Positions 47,304-56,515 of a DNA stretch of 64,000 nt are shown piece after piece (within the stretch, counting starts at the first letter, position 1; each line of letters begins with the position of its first letter). A program made the translations under genes and the position numbers. Under the pieces are notes generated by a model. The model saw only the letters and a program-made list of their open reading frames with translations, had not been told where the DNA came from and did not search any database. This DNA is from an uncultured delta proteobacterium (lineage in GTDB: Bacteria; Myxococcota_A; Polyangia; Polyangiales; Polyangiaceae), in assembly GCA_963782055.1 (NCBI GenBank), contig CAWAIF010000003.1:1088001-1152000 (forward strand), written 5' to 3'.

Positions 47304-48875
47304 ATGTCGCTCCGCGCCGTCGTCGTGGGGTCCGGCATCGGCGGCTCGGCCGCGGCGATGCTCCTCGCCCACGCCAGCGTGCCGACGACGCTCGTCGAGA
47401 AGAACCGGCGCGTGGGCGGCTCGTGCTCCGGCTACGACAAGCAGGGCTTCCACATCGACATCGGCACCCACATGTTCTGCCGCGGGCCGCGCGGGCCGCT
47501 CGGGGAGGTGCTGCGGCGGGTGGGGGAGGACGGCGCGATCGACTTTCGCCGCACCCGCGACATCGCCGAGCTGCGCTTCGCCCGCCGCCACCCGAGCGGC
47601 GAGGGGGACGAGCGCTCCAGCGTGGCGGTCCCTGCCGAGCTGCACCGCGTCCCCGCCTTTGCCTGGCGGCTGGCGCGCGCCCTCAGCCTCTCGCCGCTGG
47701 AGGCGCTGCGCGTCGGCCGGCTGTTCGCGCGCATCCTGACGATGAGCGACGAGGAGGTCTTCGCCTGGGACGGGCGGACGCTGGACGAGTTCGTTGCAAA
47801 GTACACCAATCACGGGCCGACGCTGGGCGTCTTCGGCTTCCTGCTGGGCCTGTACTTCATCCTGCCGTACTGGGAGGTCTCCGCCGGGGAGGCGCTGCAC
47901 TGCTTCCGCAAGATGGCGATGGACAACCACCTGTCTTACCCGCGCGGCGGAGCCATCGCGATCCCCGAGACGTACGTGCGGATCGCGCAGCGCCTCGGCG
48001 CAGAGCTGCGGACGGGCGCGGGCGTGCGTCGCATCGTGGTGAAGGATGCGCGCGTCGTCGGGGTGGAGCTGTCCGACGGGACCATGATCCCGGCCAACGT
48101 GGTCATCAGCACCTCCAGCCTGCGCACGACGGTGCTGCGCCTGGTGGGGCCGGAGCACTTCCCCGAGGCGTACGTGGAGCGCGCGCGCGCCGTGCGCGGG
48201 AGCTTCATCGCCGTGCAGGCGAAGATCGCGCTGCGCAAGAAGCTGGTGCACGCGGGCGCCATCTGCGGCGGTGTGGGGGACGAGGTGGACCTGGCGCACG
48301 TGACGCACGCGGACATGCGGCGCATGTTCGAGTCGGTGAAGGAGGGGAGGGTGCCGCCCGTCGTGCCCTTCTACTGCCCGGTCCCCACCAACTTCGACCC
48401 TTCGCTCGCGCCGCCGGGGCACCAGCTCCTCACGGTGTGCGCGGTGGCGCCGACGACCGACGTCGCGCTCACCGACCCGGGACCGGCGTGGGAGGAGGCG
48501 ATGATGCGCGCCATCCGCCGCGTGGTGCCCGGGCTGGACGACCACGTGGTCTTCGTCGACCGCTTCTCGGTGGACTTCATCGAGTCATGGATCGGCAAGG
48601 AGTTCGGGCCGGCGGTGTCGACGGCGCAGACGCCCGACCAGGTGGGCAAGCGGCGGCCGGCGGTGCACACGCCGGTGCGGGGGCTGTACCTGGCGGGGTG
48701 CAACGCGGGGGCGCGCGGGGTGGGGACGGAGCTGGCGGCGGCGAGCGCGATGGAGTGCGTGGACCGGGTCCTGGCGGACGCGGGCGCGGAGCTCGTCGGT
48801 CGGCCCGCGCAGCCCAGCTTCACCCGCGCGGCGCTCCGGGCGGCGGCGAGACCGGTGGGGTGGGCGATCCGGTAG
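47304..48875 (+). CDS. phytoene desaturase (CrtI)-like FAD-dependent oxidoreductase
   Basis: VVVGSGIGG..AA..LA, EKN.RVGGSC...GFHIDIGTH, YPRGG, DPSLAPPG, TPVRGLYLAG, G.G. Confidence 0.85.
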   Translation: MSLRAVVVGSGIGGSAAAMLLAHASVPTTLVEKNRRVGGSCSGYDKQGFHIDIGTHMFCRGPRGPLGEVLRRVGEDGAIDFRRTRDIAELRFARRHPSGEGDERSSVAVPAELHRVPAFAWRLARALSLSPLEALRVGRLFARILTMSDEEVFAWDGRTLDEFVAKYTNHGPTLGVFGFLLGLYFILPYWEVSAGEALHCFRKMAMDNHLSYPRGGAIAIPETYVRIAQRLGAELRTGAGVRRIVVKDARVVGVELSDGTMIPANVVISTSSLRTTVLRLVGPEHFPEAYVERARAVRGSFIAVQAKIALRKKLVHAGAICGGVGDEVDLAHVTHADMRRMFESVKEGRVPPVVPFYCPVPTNFDPSLAPPGHQLLTVCAVAPTTDVALTDPGPAWEEAMMRAIRRVVPGLDDHVVFVDRFSVDFIESWIGKEFGPAVSTAQTPDQVGKRRPAVHTPVRGLYLAGCNAGARGVGTELAAASAMECVDRVLADAGAELVGRPAQPSFTRAALRAAARPVGWAIR

Positions 48876-48962
48876 CAGAGAGCTCGCGCGCGCCCGACGG
48901 CGCTCCGCCGCGCGTTCGAGCGCGGCCGCAGCCTGGTCGACGGTGGGCTACAGTGCTCCGCG

Positions 48963-51062
48963 ATGGCGCTGCTGGAAGGGCTCGACGCAATCGACTGGGC
49001 CGCGCTCGAGGACGCGTACGGTCCGTCCGTGGACACCCCGCGGCACCTGCGCGCGGTGCGGGAGGGTGGCGAGGCGGCTGCGGACGCGCTCTGGGCGCTG
49101 GAGGCGGCGGTCTTCCATCAGGGCGGCTACTACGCCGCGGCGGCGCCCGCCGCGCGCTTCCTGGTGGAGCTCGCCACCTCGACCTCGGTCCCGGTCCGGG
49201 GGCCCATCCTCACGCTCCTCGCCGAGATGAGCGCGGGTCACGCCGACGACCTCGTGCAGGGGCATGACCCCTTCGCCTTCGAGAGCGCGCCGGGGTTGCC
49301 GGACTATCCGGAGGCGCAGCGCACGATCCAGGAGATCACCCGCGCGAGCGCCCGATACCTCCCGCTCCTCGCCGACGCGGACCCGTTCGTCCGCGCGGGG
49401 GCCGCTTACCTGATCGGCGGTCTCGCGCTCGACGACCCGACGGAGGTGACGCCCGCGCTCGTCGCCGCGCTCGCGCGGGAGGAGGAGCCTGCCGTCGCCG
49501 CGAGCATGACGCTCGCGTGGGCGCGGCAGCGAGGCAGCGGCGAGCCGGCGCGGCCGCCGGACACGAACGCGACGGGCGCGATCGTGGACGCGGCGGTCGC
49601 CGTCGCCGCCGCATGGCGCGGGCACCCCGACCTGGACGCGCTGGAGGCCGCGGCGCTCGCGGCGCCGGACGAGGAGGCGCCGTTCCCGTGGGCGCAGGGA
49701 TCGGTCGCCGCGCTCGCGGTCACGGCGCTTGGGCGCGCGCCGGGCAGCGGGGCGGCGCTCGGCCGCGTCCTGCAGGGGTGGCTGCGCCGCGGCGGCCCGC
49801 TCGAGCCCTTTCACTGGTCCGACTGGAGCGACGAGCCGCCTTCGCTCGCGGGCTCGCCGCGCGAGCGGCTGGTGCGCTCCGCGATGGCCTTCCTCGCCCG
49901 CGATCTCTTCTCCCGGTTCGGGCCGGAGCGCGAGAGCGCTCCCATCACCGTCGACGAGCTGGACGAGGCGCAGCGCGCCGCCGTCCGGCTCACGGCGGAC
50001 CACGGCCTGAACGTGCCGGTGCCGGGCCTGCCCTGGGTCGACCGGGCCAGCGCCGCCAGGTTCCTGCGGGGAGGCGGGGCTCTCGACCGGGTCGTCGACG
50101 GCGTGCCGCTGTGGAAGCGCTTCCACCGCGTGACCTCCGGCGCGGCGTCGGACGACGAGCGCGCGGCGCTGCACACCGCGCTCGCTTCCCTGGAGCCGCA
50201 TGCGCTCCTGGACGTGTGCGCGGACGCTGCGTCGGGCGCCTACCCCCACCCGCGCGGGGGCGGTACTTGCATGACCCGCGCGACATGGCAGGAGGTGCTC
50301 GCCTCGCTGGCGCCCCACTGGTCCGAGCTGGAGGCGCCGCTCGCGTCGTACCTCGCGTCGCTGCTGGCGCGCGGCGCGCCCCGTCACCAGGAGGCGCGGC
50401 TGGCGCTGGCGGGGTACTTCGCGGCGCACGCGCCGACGCCGCCGGAGCTGGACCCGCTGCTCCTGGTCGGTCTGCCAGAGGACGAGGTGGCGGCGCGCGC
50501 GGTCGTCGAGGCGCTCCCCCGGGCGCGTCGCTCGGTGCTCGTCGGACGGATGGTCGCGCCGCGCCGCAAGACGTACTACGCGCTGTGCAATCTCGACGTG
50601 GTCGCGCGCGAGACGGTGGACGCCTTCCTGGCGCCCACGTGGGCGCCGTCTCGCGTGATGACGGAGGACTGGCTCCTCGGGCTGGGCGAGGCGGCCGTGG
50701 CGCCGCTCCGCGCGCGGCTGGAGGGCGCGCCGCCGAAGAAGCGGGCCCTGATGGATCGGGTGCTCGTCGAGCTCACCGGCGCCCTCCTCGACCTCACGCT
50801 GACGGTGGCTGTTCGTGACGACGGCCTTCACGCCTCGCTCGCCCCCCGCGACGGCGGTCGGGCGCTCGGCGAGGTCGACTGGCCCGCGGTCCCGGAGCCG
50901 GAGGACGTCGCGCGGCTCACCGGCGAACTCGAGGCGCCCGACCGGACCCGCGTGCGCGTCGTGTGCGAGGAGCGGACCCTCGGCTATCGCCTGCAGCGCC
51001 TGCTCGCCGACGAGGGCGTGCGAGAGGTCGCGCTGGGCGGCTCCACGCTCAAGCGGTACTGA
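48963..51062 (+). CDS. hypothetical helical (HEAT-repeat-like) protein
   Basis: N-terminal LDAIDWAALEDAYG..DTP.HL; LLADADPFVRAGAAYL HEAT-like unit. Confidence 0.7.
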   Translation: MALLEGLDAIDWAALEDAYGPSVDTPRHLRAVREGGEAAADALWALEAAVFHQGGYYAAAAPAARFLVELATSTSVPVRGPILTLLAEMSAGHADDLVQGHDPFAFESAPGLPDYPEAQRTIQEITRASARYLPLLADADPFVRAGAAYLIGGLALDDPTEVTPALVAALAREEEPAVAASMTLAWARQRGSGEPARPPDTNATGAIVDAAVAVAAAWRGHPDLDALEAAALAAPDEEAPFPWAQGSVAALAVTALGRAPGSGAALGRVLQGWLRRGGPLEPFHWSDWSDEPPSLAGSPRERLVRSAMAFLARDLFSRFGPERESAPITVDELDEAQRAAVRLTADHGLNVPVPGLPWVDRASAARFLRGGGALDRVVDGVPLWKRFHRVTSGAASDDERAALHTALASLEPHALLDVCADAASGAYPHPRGGGTCMTRATWQEVLASLAPHWSELEAPLASYLASLLARGAPRHQEARLALAGYFAAHAPTPPELDPLLLVGLPEDEVAARAVVEALPRARRSVLVGRMVAPRRKTYYALCNLDVVARETVDAFLAPTWAPSRVMTEDWLLGLGEAAVAPLRARLEGAPPKKRALMDRVLVELTGALLDLTLTVAVRDDGLHASLAPRDGGRALGEVDWPAVPEPEDVARLTGELEAPDRTRVRVVCEERTLGYRLQRLLADEGVREVALGGSTLKRY

Positions 51063-51122
51063 GTTCGGGACCGTGTCGCGGCTCGGCGACGCGCGCGCTG
51101 CCCCGAATCACCAACGTGGGCG

Positions 51123-51560
51123 TCAGCCTTCCAGCTCTTTCAGGATCGCCTTCATGCCCTCTTCGATCTTGCGCGACTGCGTCGCGCGGATCTCCGCGCG
51201 CAAGCTCTCGCCGTCGATCGCGTACTTCGCGATGATGCGATCGACGAAGCTCTTCTCCGCTGCGTTGTACGAACCGTCGACGAAGAGCGCGTGGGCGATC
51301 CATACGTGCGTGACCCGGCGGTGCACCGGATCCTTCTCCAGCAGGGCGACCGACGCCTCGAGATCGAGCGCGCGCACCCGCTCCGCGTCGGCGCCGATGC
51401 GCCCGAGAAATGCGTCGAAGTCGCTGCGCTCGAGCGGCGTGAGCTGCCCGTCGGCGTTGTAAACCTCCCAGAGCACGCGCCCGAGGGCCTGGCGCGTGTC
51501 GCTGCTCCACAACCGGACGAGGCGTTCTTCGAGCGGCTGGGCTTGGGCTAGCAAGGTCAT
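51123..51560 (-). CDS. TerB-like protein
   Basis: ADGQLTPLER and VDGSYNAAEKSF (two DG..T..E motifs); TACGGT upstream. Confidence 0.65.
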   Translation of the reverse strand: MTLLAQAQPLEERLVRLWSSDTRQALGRVLWEVYNADGQLTPLERSDFDAFLGRIGADAERVRALDLEASVALLEKDPVHRRVTHVWIAHALFVDGSYNAAEKSFVDRIIAKYAIDGESLRAEIRATQSRKIEEGMKAILKELEG

Positions 51561-51649
51561 GCGCCCACCGTACCACGAGGGTTGGCGGCGGCTCGTCGAT
51601 CGGCATGCTCCGGCGCACCATTCCACCCGGGTCTCGCCGCCGTGCTCGC

Positions 51650-52933
51650 TCACGGCGCCACGACGCCCGTCGCGCCCGCGTGGAGCTGCGGCGGCTTCGC
51701 GGTCTCGAGCAGGAGGTGGCTCATCGTGTAGCCGGTGGCGGTGGCTCCCTCCCCGTAGGTGCACGCGCCGGCGTAGTGGGCGAGCTCGCTCTGCGAGAAC
51801 TGCGGCGCGAGGAGCCTCGCCGCGAGCACCGCGCCGGCGCCGTCGCGGCGGAGCACGCCGGCGGCAGGGTCGGCGAACGGGACGACCACGCACCCGAGCC
51901 GCCCGGTGCTCGCCAGCTCCGGCGTCGCCATGAGGTACTCCGTGGTCCCCAGCGTGAAGAGGTCGGCGGCGTTGACGCGCTGACCGTCCCCTCCGAAGCA
52001 CGCGCCGTCGGCGCCGCGCAGCGGGGTGGCCAGGTAGCTCCAGGTCTTGGCGTGATCGGTCGAGCGAAGCAGCACGATGTCGATCGTCGGCTTGCTGAAC
52101 GGCGGCTGGATGCACCCCAGCGCGAGGTGCAGCGAGCCGTCCGGCGCCACCGTCGCGCCCGGCTCGCCGAACGCGCCGCACGCCGTCGTCCCCGGATCAC
52201 TCGTCGAGAGATACGCCGCGCCGCCCTGCGAGAACGCGGTCCCCGGCCAGCCCACCGCGACCTCCGGGGCGCTCCACGGTCCCGCCGGCTGCGCGGCGGT
52301 GTAGAGCCCGATGTGGCCGTCGGTGTAGAGGATCAGATCGCTGAGCCCGGCGCGCCGGACCACCACGTAGCGATGCGTGAAGAGCTTCCAGCGCCGCGCG
52401 GCCACGTCGGTCGGGTCGTAGACGATGCTGCTCGTCTCGTTGACGATGCTCGCGCTGCACGCGCCGGCGTCGGGGCACGTCTGCGGCGGCGGCGTGGTGG
52501 AGGCGGGCTGGTTCGCCGTCGCCACGTACGTCCAGGTCTTGCCGGCGTCGTTCGACACGGCGACGTGCGTGCCGATCGCCGCCTGGTCCGGCTGCGCGTT
52601 CTGCCCGGCCGGCAGGCTGGAGAAGGAGAGCGCGCCGGCCGGCGCGTTGGGCGGGTAGTAGATGGACGGATCCGCGATCGCGACCGACCCCACGTCGCCG
52701 GCGATGGTGAGCTGCGGCGCCTGGGAGTCGTCGACGGCGGTCGTCTGCTCCGGGGCCGGACACGGACCGGCGTCGCCCGCGGCCTCCGCGACCGCATCGG
52801 CCGCGGCCTCGGTCGCGCCGCCGTCGTCCGACGTCGAGGCGTCCGGCGCGCTCGTGGTGTCGTCGCCGGAGCAGCCGACGGACGCCGCCGTCGCCAGCAC
52901 CCCGACGACGACGATGAGCGTCACGCGGGTCAT
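51650..52933 (-). CDS. sialidase-like (BNR/Asp-box) lipoprotein
   Basis: Lipobox SVGC; Asp-boxes SNDAGKTW and STDHAKTW. Confidence 0.75.
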   Translation of the reverse strand: MTRVTLIVVVGVLATAASVGCSGDDTTSAPDASTSDDGGATEAAADAVAEAAGDAGPCPAPEQTTAVDDSQAPQLTIAGDVGSVAIADPSIYYPPNAPAGALSFSSLPAGQNAQPDQAAIGTHVAVSNDAGKTWTYVATANQPASTTPPPQTCPDAGACSASIVNETSSIVYDPTDVAARRWKLFTHRYVVVRRAGLSDLILYTDGHIGLYTAAQPAGPWSAPEVAVGWPGTAFSQGGAAYLSTSDPGTTACGAFGEPGATVAPDGSLHLALGCIQPPFSKPTIDIVLLRSTDHAKTWSYLATPLRGADGACFGGDGQRVNAADLFTLGTTEYLMATPELASTGRLGCVVVPFADPAAGVLRRDGAGAVLAARLLAPQFSQSELAHYAGACTYGEGATATGYTMSHLLLETAKPPQLHAGATGVVAP

Positions 52934-53004
52934 GAGGGCGAGTGTACAGGACGGCCACGACCGCGCGAGCGTCCTCGAAGCGCGCGGGCGTGACCGCGTC
53001 CTGG

Positions 53005-55071
53005 CTACTTGACGATGACGCTGCAGTACCCGTCGAGGCACTGGGCGTTGCCGTCGCAGCAATCCGCCGCCGTCTGGCACGCGTTGCCGACGCTGGCGCA
53101 GCCGTTGCCCTTGCCGCACACGTAGGAGCCGCCCTGCTTGACGCAGCTCTCGTGACCGCAGCAGTCGAACCCCGCGCTGCACGACTCGCCGTCCTGCTTG
53201 CACGGCGGCAGCGCGAACTGCGCCTGCTCGTTCTGCGACGTGCCGTCCTGTCCGCGGAGGTAGAACGCCGGGTGGGAGGGATCGGCGGCGCCCGGGGGAT
53301 CGTCGATGGCGGCGACCCAGAGCTGCGCGCGCTCCTTGCCGACGAGGGTGTTGCCGTAGTCTCGCCGGGACAGGAACACGATCCACGAGTAGCCGCCCGC
53401 GCGGAGCGGCGCGAAGCGGGCGTCGGCGGACTGATCGGCGACCGAGCCGCTCGCGTTGAGGAGGTGCTTCACGTTCGCGCCGGTCACGTCGGTGAGGTAG
53501 AGGTCGCCGCCGGTCGACGCGTAGGATCCGCTGGTGAAGTAGTCGTCCGGCTTGAGGCGCGTGTAGACGAGCCACTTGGAGTCGGGCGAGAAGTCCGGCT
53601 GCCCGTTGCGCGATCCGGCGCCGGGGACGATGGCGTGGGGGTTGGTGAACGTCGTCCCGTTGGCGCCGGCGACCCAGATGTCGGCCGACGAGCACTCGAA
53701 GGCCCAGCCGTTGGCGCAGTTGTTCCCGCTGAGCTGGCAGCTCGCCGCGATGGTCTTGCCGTCGGGCGACCACGCGGGCTCGCCGCAGCCGGCGGGCATG
53801 GCGAACGTCTTGAGGATCGCGCCGGTGTTGGCGTCCATGATGTCCAGCCCGCCCGTCGTGCCGGTGAAGTGGCCGTGGGAGGTGTTGCCCTCTGCGGAGA
53901 AGAGGATGTAGTTGCCCGTGTTGTCGAAGACGCCGTTGACGCCTCCGGTGTCCGGGTTCTGGGGCACCACGCTGCCCAGCTTGGGCGTCCCGGCGAGATC
54001 GACCGTGCCGAGCGTGAGCGCGCTGGTGCCCTGGAAGCTGGCGACCATCTTGGTCCCGTCACGGCTCACGCTGTGGCAGCCCCAGCAACCGGGGTCGTTG
54101 CCGCCCCCGCCGGGGGCCCAGGAGTTGGGGATGCTGATGAAGCTCGATGGCGCGGTGTCGCCCGGCTTGAGCCGGACGATGGACCCGTTGCCGCAGCAGT
54201 GCGAGTTGCCGGCGGACGCGCCGCCCGGTATCTGCCAGTAGTAGACGACGCCGTGCAGGTTCGACTGGGCGACGTGCCACGTCTGCGTCATCGGGTCGTA
54301 GGCGGTGGAGCCGGTGGCGCGCGTGAGGGCGGCGCTCACCGGATCGGTCTGCGGGCCGTCACCGGAGGACGCGATCGCCGCCCAGTCGTCGTCGGCGACG
54401 AGGTGGCTGAACGGCGCGGGCGCGTTCGCGAAGTACTCGACGTAGTCGTAGTACTTCTCCTTGATCTCCAGCTTGTACGTGTCGCTCGCGGTGGCGCCGT
54501 TCCACTGGATCTGCGGGCCGAGCACGCCCAGCGGGAAGACGGTACCGTCGTTCGGGTAGACGACGCTCGCCGAGGGGTCGCCGCCGCCGCCCGGCTTGTC
54601 CAGGAGCGCCTGCTGCTGCGACGTGAGGCCGCCGGTGAGCGTCTCGTGCACGATCACGCTGGCGGTCGCCGTGCCCTGCGCCTTGTCCAGCGTCGCGGTG
54701 AGGTGGTCGACACCGCCGACCTTGCTGGTGGGCACGAAGGTGGAGGTGTTCCCGTCCACGTCGCCCACGTCCGGCCGGTCCGCGGACCACGTGACCTTCG
54801 CCGTCACGTCCTGCCCGTCCAGGGTGACCTTGAACGCCGGAGGGGAGGGCGGCGCCTGCCCGGTGCCCACGTCGTACGGACCGATGGACGGTGGGGTGAT
54901 CACCAGGGTCCCGGTGACGCCGCTCTCACCGAAGCCGACGTCGGGCGCGAAGGGGGCGTCGGCGCCGCCGTCGGCGCCACCGGCCTGGATGAACCCGCCG
55001 GAGTCCTGGACGGCGCAGGCGCCGGCGACGGCGAGCACGAGGACGAGCGGGAGCGCGAGCAACGATCGCAT
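53005..55071 (-). CDS. TolB-like (PD40 repeat) lipoprotein with Cys-rich tail
   Basis: Lipobox AGAC; YPNDGTVFP; CWGCHSVSRDG; PAWSPDG, PDFSPDS; WIVFLSRRDYGN...QLWVAA...DPSHPAFYL.GQ; C-terminal C-x6-C-x5-CC repeats. Confidence 0.85.
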   Translation of the reverse strand: MRSLLALPLVLVLAVAGACAVQDSGGFIQAGGADGGADAPFAPDVGFGESGVTGTLVITPPSIGPYDVGTGQAPPSPPAFKVTLDGQDVTAKVTWSADRPDVGDVDGNTSTFVPTSKVGGVDHLTATLDKAQGTATASVIVHETLTGGLTSQQQALLDKPGGGGDPSASVVYPNDGTVFPLGVLGPQIQWNGATASDTYKLEIKEKYYDYVEYFANAPAPFSHLVADDDWAAIASSGDGPQTDPVSAALTRATGSTAYDPMTQTWHVAQSNLHGVVYYWQIPGGASAGNSHCCGNGSIVRLKPGDTAPSSFISIPNSWAPGGGGNDPGCWGCHSVSRDGTKMVASFQGTSALTLGTVDLAGTPKLGSVVPQNPDTGGVNGVFDNTGNYILFSAEGNTSHGHFTGTTGGLDIMDANTGAILKTFAMPAGCGEPAWSPDGKTIAASCQLSGNNCANGWAFECSSADIWVAGANGTTFTNPHAIVPGAGSRNGQPDFSPDSKWLVYTRLKPDDYFTSGSYASTGGDLYLTDVTGANVKHLLNASGSVADQSADARFAPLRAGGYSWIVFLSRRDYGNTLVGKERAQLWVAAIDDPPGAADPSHPAFYLRGQDGTSQNEQAQFALPPCKQDGESCSAGFDCCGHESCVKQGGSYVCGKGNGCASVGNACQTAADCCDGNAQCLDGYCSVIVK

Positions 55072-55115
55072 GGTGGACCTCCGCGCAGATAGAGGACGCG
55101 TCTCGTCGGATCGGG

Positions 55116-55916
55116 TCATGGCGATGTGGCGGAATCCTCACCGAGCTCGCGCAGCCGGCTCTCCGCGCTCGGGCGCATGACCGCGTCGGGGTGCGCGGCG
55201 ACGAAGGCGCGCAGGGCCGCGCGCTCGGCACGGGTGTCCCCGAGGGCGCGCTCCGACGAGGCGACGCCCCAGCTCGCCTCCTCGCTGAGCGAGCCGCCGG
55301 GGCGCTGCGCCAGCGCGGACCGATAGAGCTCCAGCGCGCCCGCCGCGTCGTGCAGGTGTTCCAGGCGGATGGAAGCCGCCGCGACGGTCGCCGCGTAGGC
55401 CTCCGCACCGCCGGGTGCGCGTCTCGTCACTCGCCGGTACGTCTTCTCGGCGTCGGTCCACTTGTGCTCGGTGCGCTGCTGGTTGGCGAGACGCAGCAGG
55501 TCCGCCGGTGGCTCCCGCGGCACGACGGCGACCGAGGACGCCGCGCTCGGCTCCGCCACGGCAGCGGACGTCACGACCTCCGGGGGCGGCGCAGGCACCG
55601 CCGACACCACGGGCGTGGGCGGACTCCAGGTGACCGGGCTCGACGGGACCGGCGCGGGACGACGGCGTCCGGCGAGCAACGTGGCTGCGAGCGCGGTGCC
55701 GAGCACGAGCAGGAACGCGGCGGCGATCGCCAGCATGGCCCAGCGCCGCGCCCCCGATCGCCTCGCGGGGGGGGCGAGCCGCGCCGGCTCCGCGCGCTCG
55801 TGAGCCTCCATCGCGGCCTGCACCATCGCCGCCGCCCGCTCCGCGGAGACGGGCGACGCGGGCCCGGGCCCGGCATCCAGCGGGAAGCGGAGATCGTCCT
55901 CCGGCGCGTCGCTCAT
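55116..55916 (-). CDS. single-TM TPR protein, putative anti-sigma factor
   Basis: TM helix, Pro-rich linker, C-terminal TPR-like (YRSALAQRPGGSLSEEASWG...FVAAHP); ATGA overlap with the ECF sigma gene. Confidence 0.7.
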   Translation of the reverse strand: MSDAPEDDLRFPLDAGPGPASPVSAERAAAMVQAAMEAHERAEPARLAPPARRSGARRWAMLAIAAAFLLVLGTALAATLLAGRRRPAPVPSSPVTWSPPTPVVSAVPAPPPEVVTSAAVAEPSAASSVAVVPREPPADLLRLANQQRTEHKWTDAEKTYRRVTRRAPGGAEAYAATVAAASIRLEHLHDAAGALELYRSALAQRPGGSLSEEASWGVASSERALGDTRAERAALRAFVAAHPDAVMRPSAESRLRELGEDSATSP

Positions 55917-56455
55917 GCGCGCCCCTCTCCCACGGCTGCCGCCGGCTCGCCGAGGTGCTCGCGCAGCCGGGCGCGCCCGTTGCGGAGACGGCTGCGCACG
56001 GTCTCGAGCGGCACGCCGAGCTCGGTGGCCACCTCCGGAGCGCTCATCTCGAAGACGTGGTGGAGCACGAGGGTCTCGCGCATCTCCTGGGACAGGGTGT
56101 CGAGACACGCCACGAGGCGACGCCTGGCGAGGTAGTCGTCTGCGCGCTCCGGAGCGGCGACCTCCACGTCCGACGCCGTCCGCGACGTCTCCGCGCGTCG
56201 CCTCCGCGACGCCTCCATCGCCACCCGGGCGACCACGCGGTCGCACCACGCGGTGATGGAGCCGTCGCCGCGGTAGGTGGGAAGCCCGCGGAGCACGGCC
56301 ATCAGCCCGTCTTGCACGATGTCGTCGATGTCGTCTCCGCGCACGAAGTACCTCACCAGGTTGCGCATGCGCGGCAGGAGATCCGTGAGGAGCGAGGCGG
56401 TCGCCTCGCGATCCCCCCTCACGGCGCCGCTGACGCGGGAGTCCTCGCTGCTCAT
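55913..56455 (-). CDS. ECF RNA polymerase sigma factor
   Basis: DDIVQD..MAVLRGLPTYRGDGSITAW (region 2); LVLHHVFEMSAPEVATELGVPLETVRSRL (region 4). Confidence 0.92.
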   Translation of the reverse strand: MSSEDSRVSGAVRGDREATASLLTDLLPRMRNLVRYFVRGDDIDDIVQDGLMAVLRGLPTYRGDGSITAWCDRVVARVAMEASRRRRAETSRTASDVEVAAPERADDYLARRRLVACLDTLSQEMRETLVLHHVFEMSAPEVATELGVPLETVRSRLRNGRARLREHLGEPAAAVGEGRA

Positions 56456-56515
56456 CCGTTCATGATCATGCTACGCGCTCCAGAAGGGATAGAGGGGCCT
56501 CGCGCGAGGAACGGG

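Noticed and set aside
47304..48875. Carotenoid biosynthesis cluster
   Set aside because: Only a CrtI-fold protein is present; there is no crtB, crtE or cyclase nearby.
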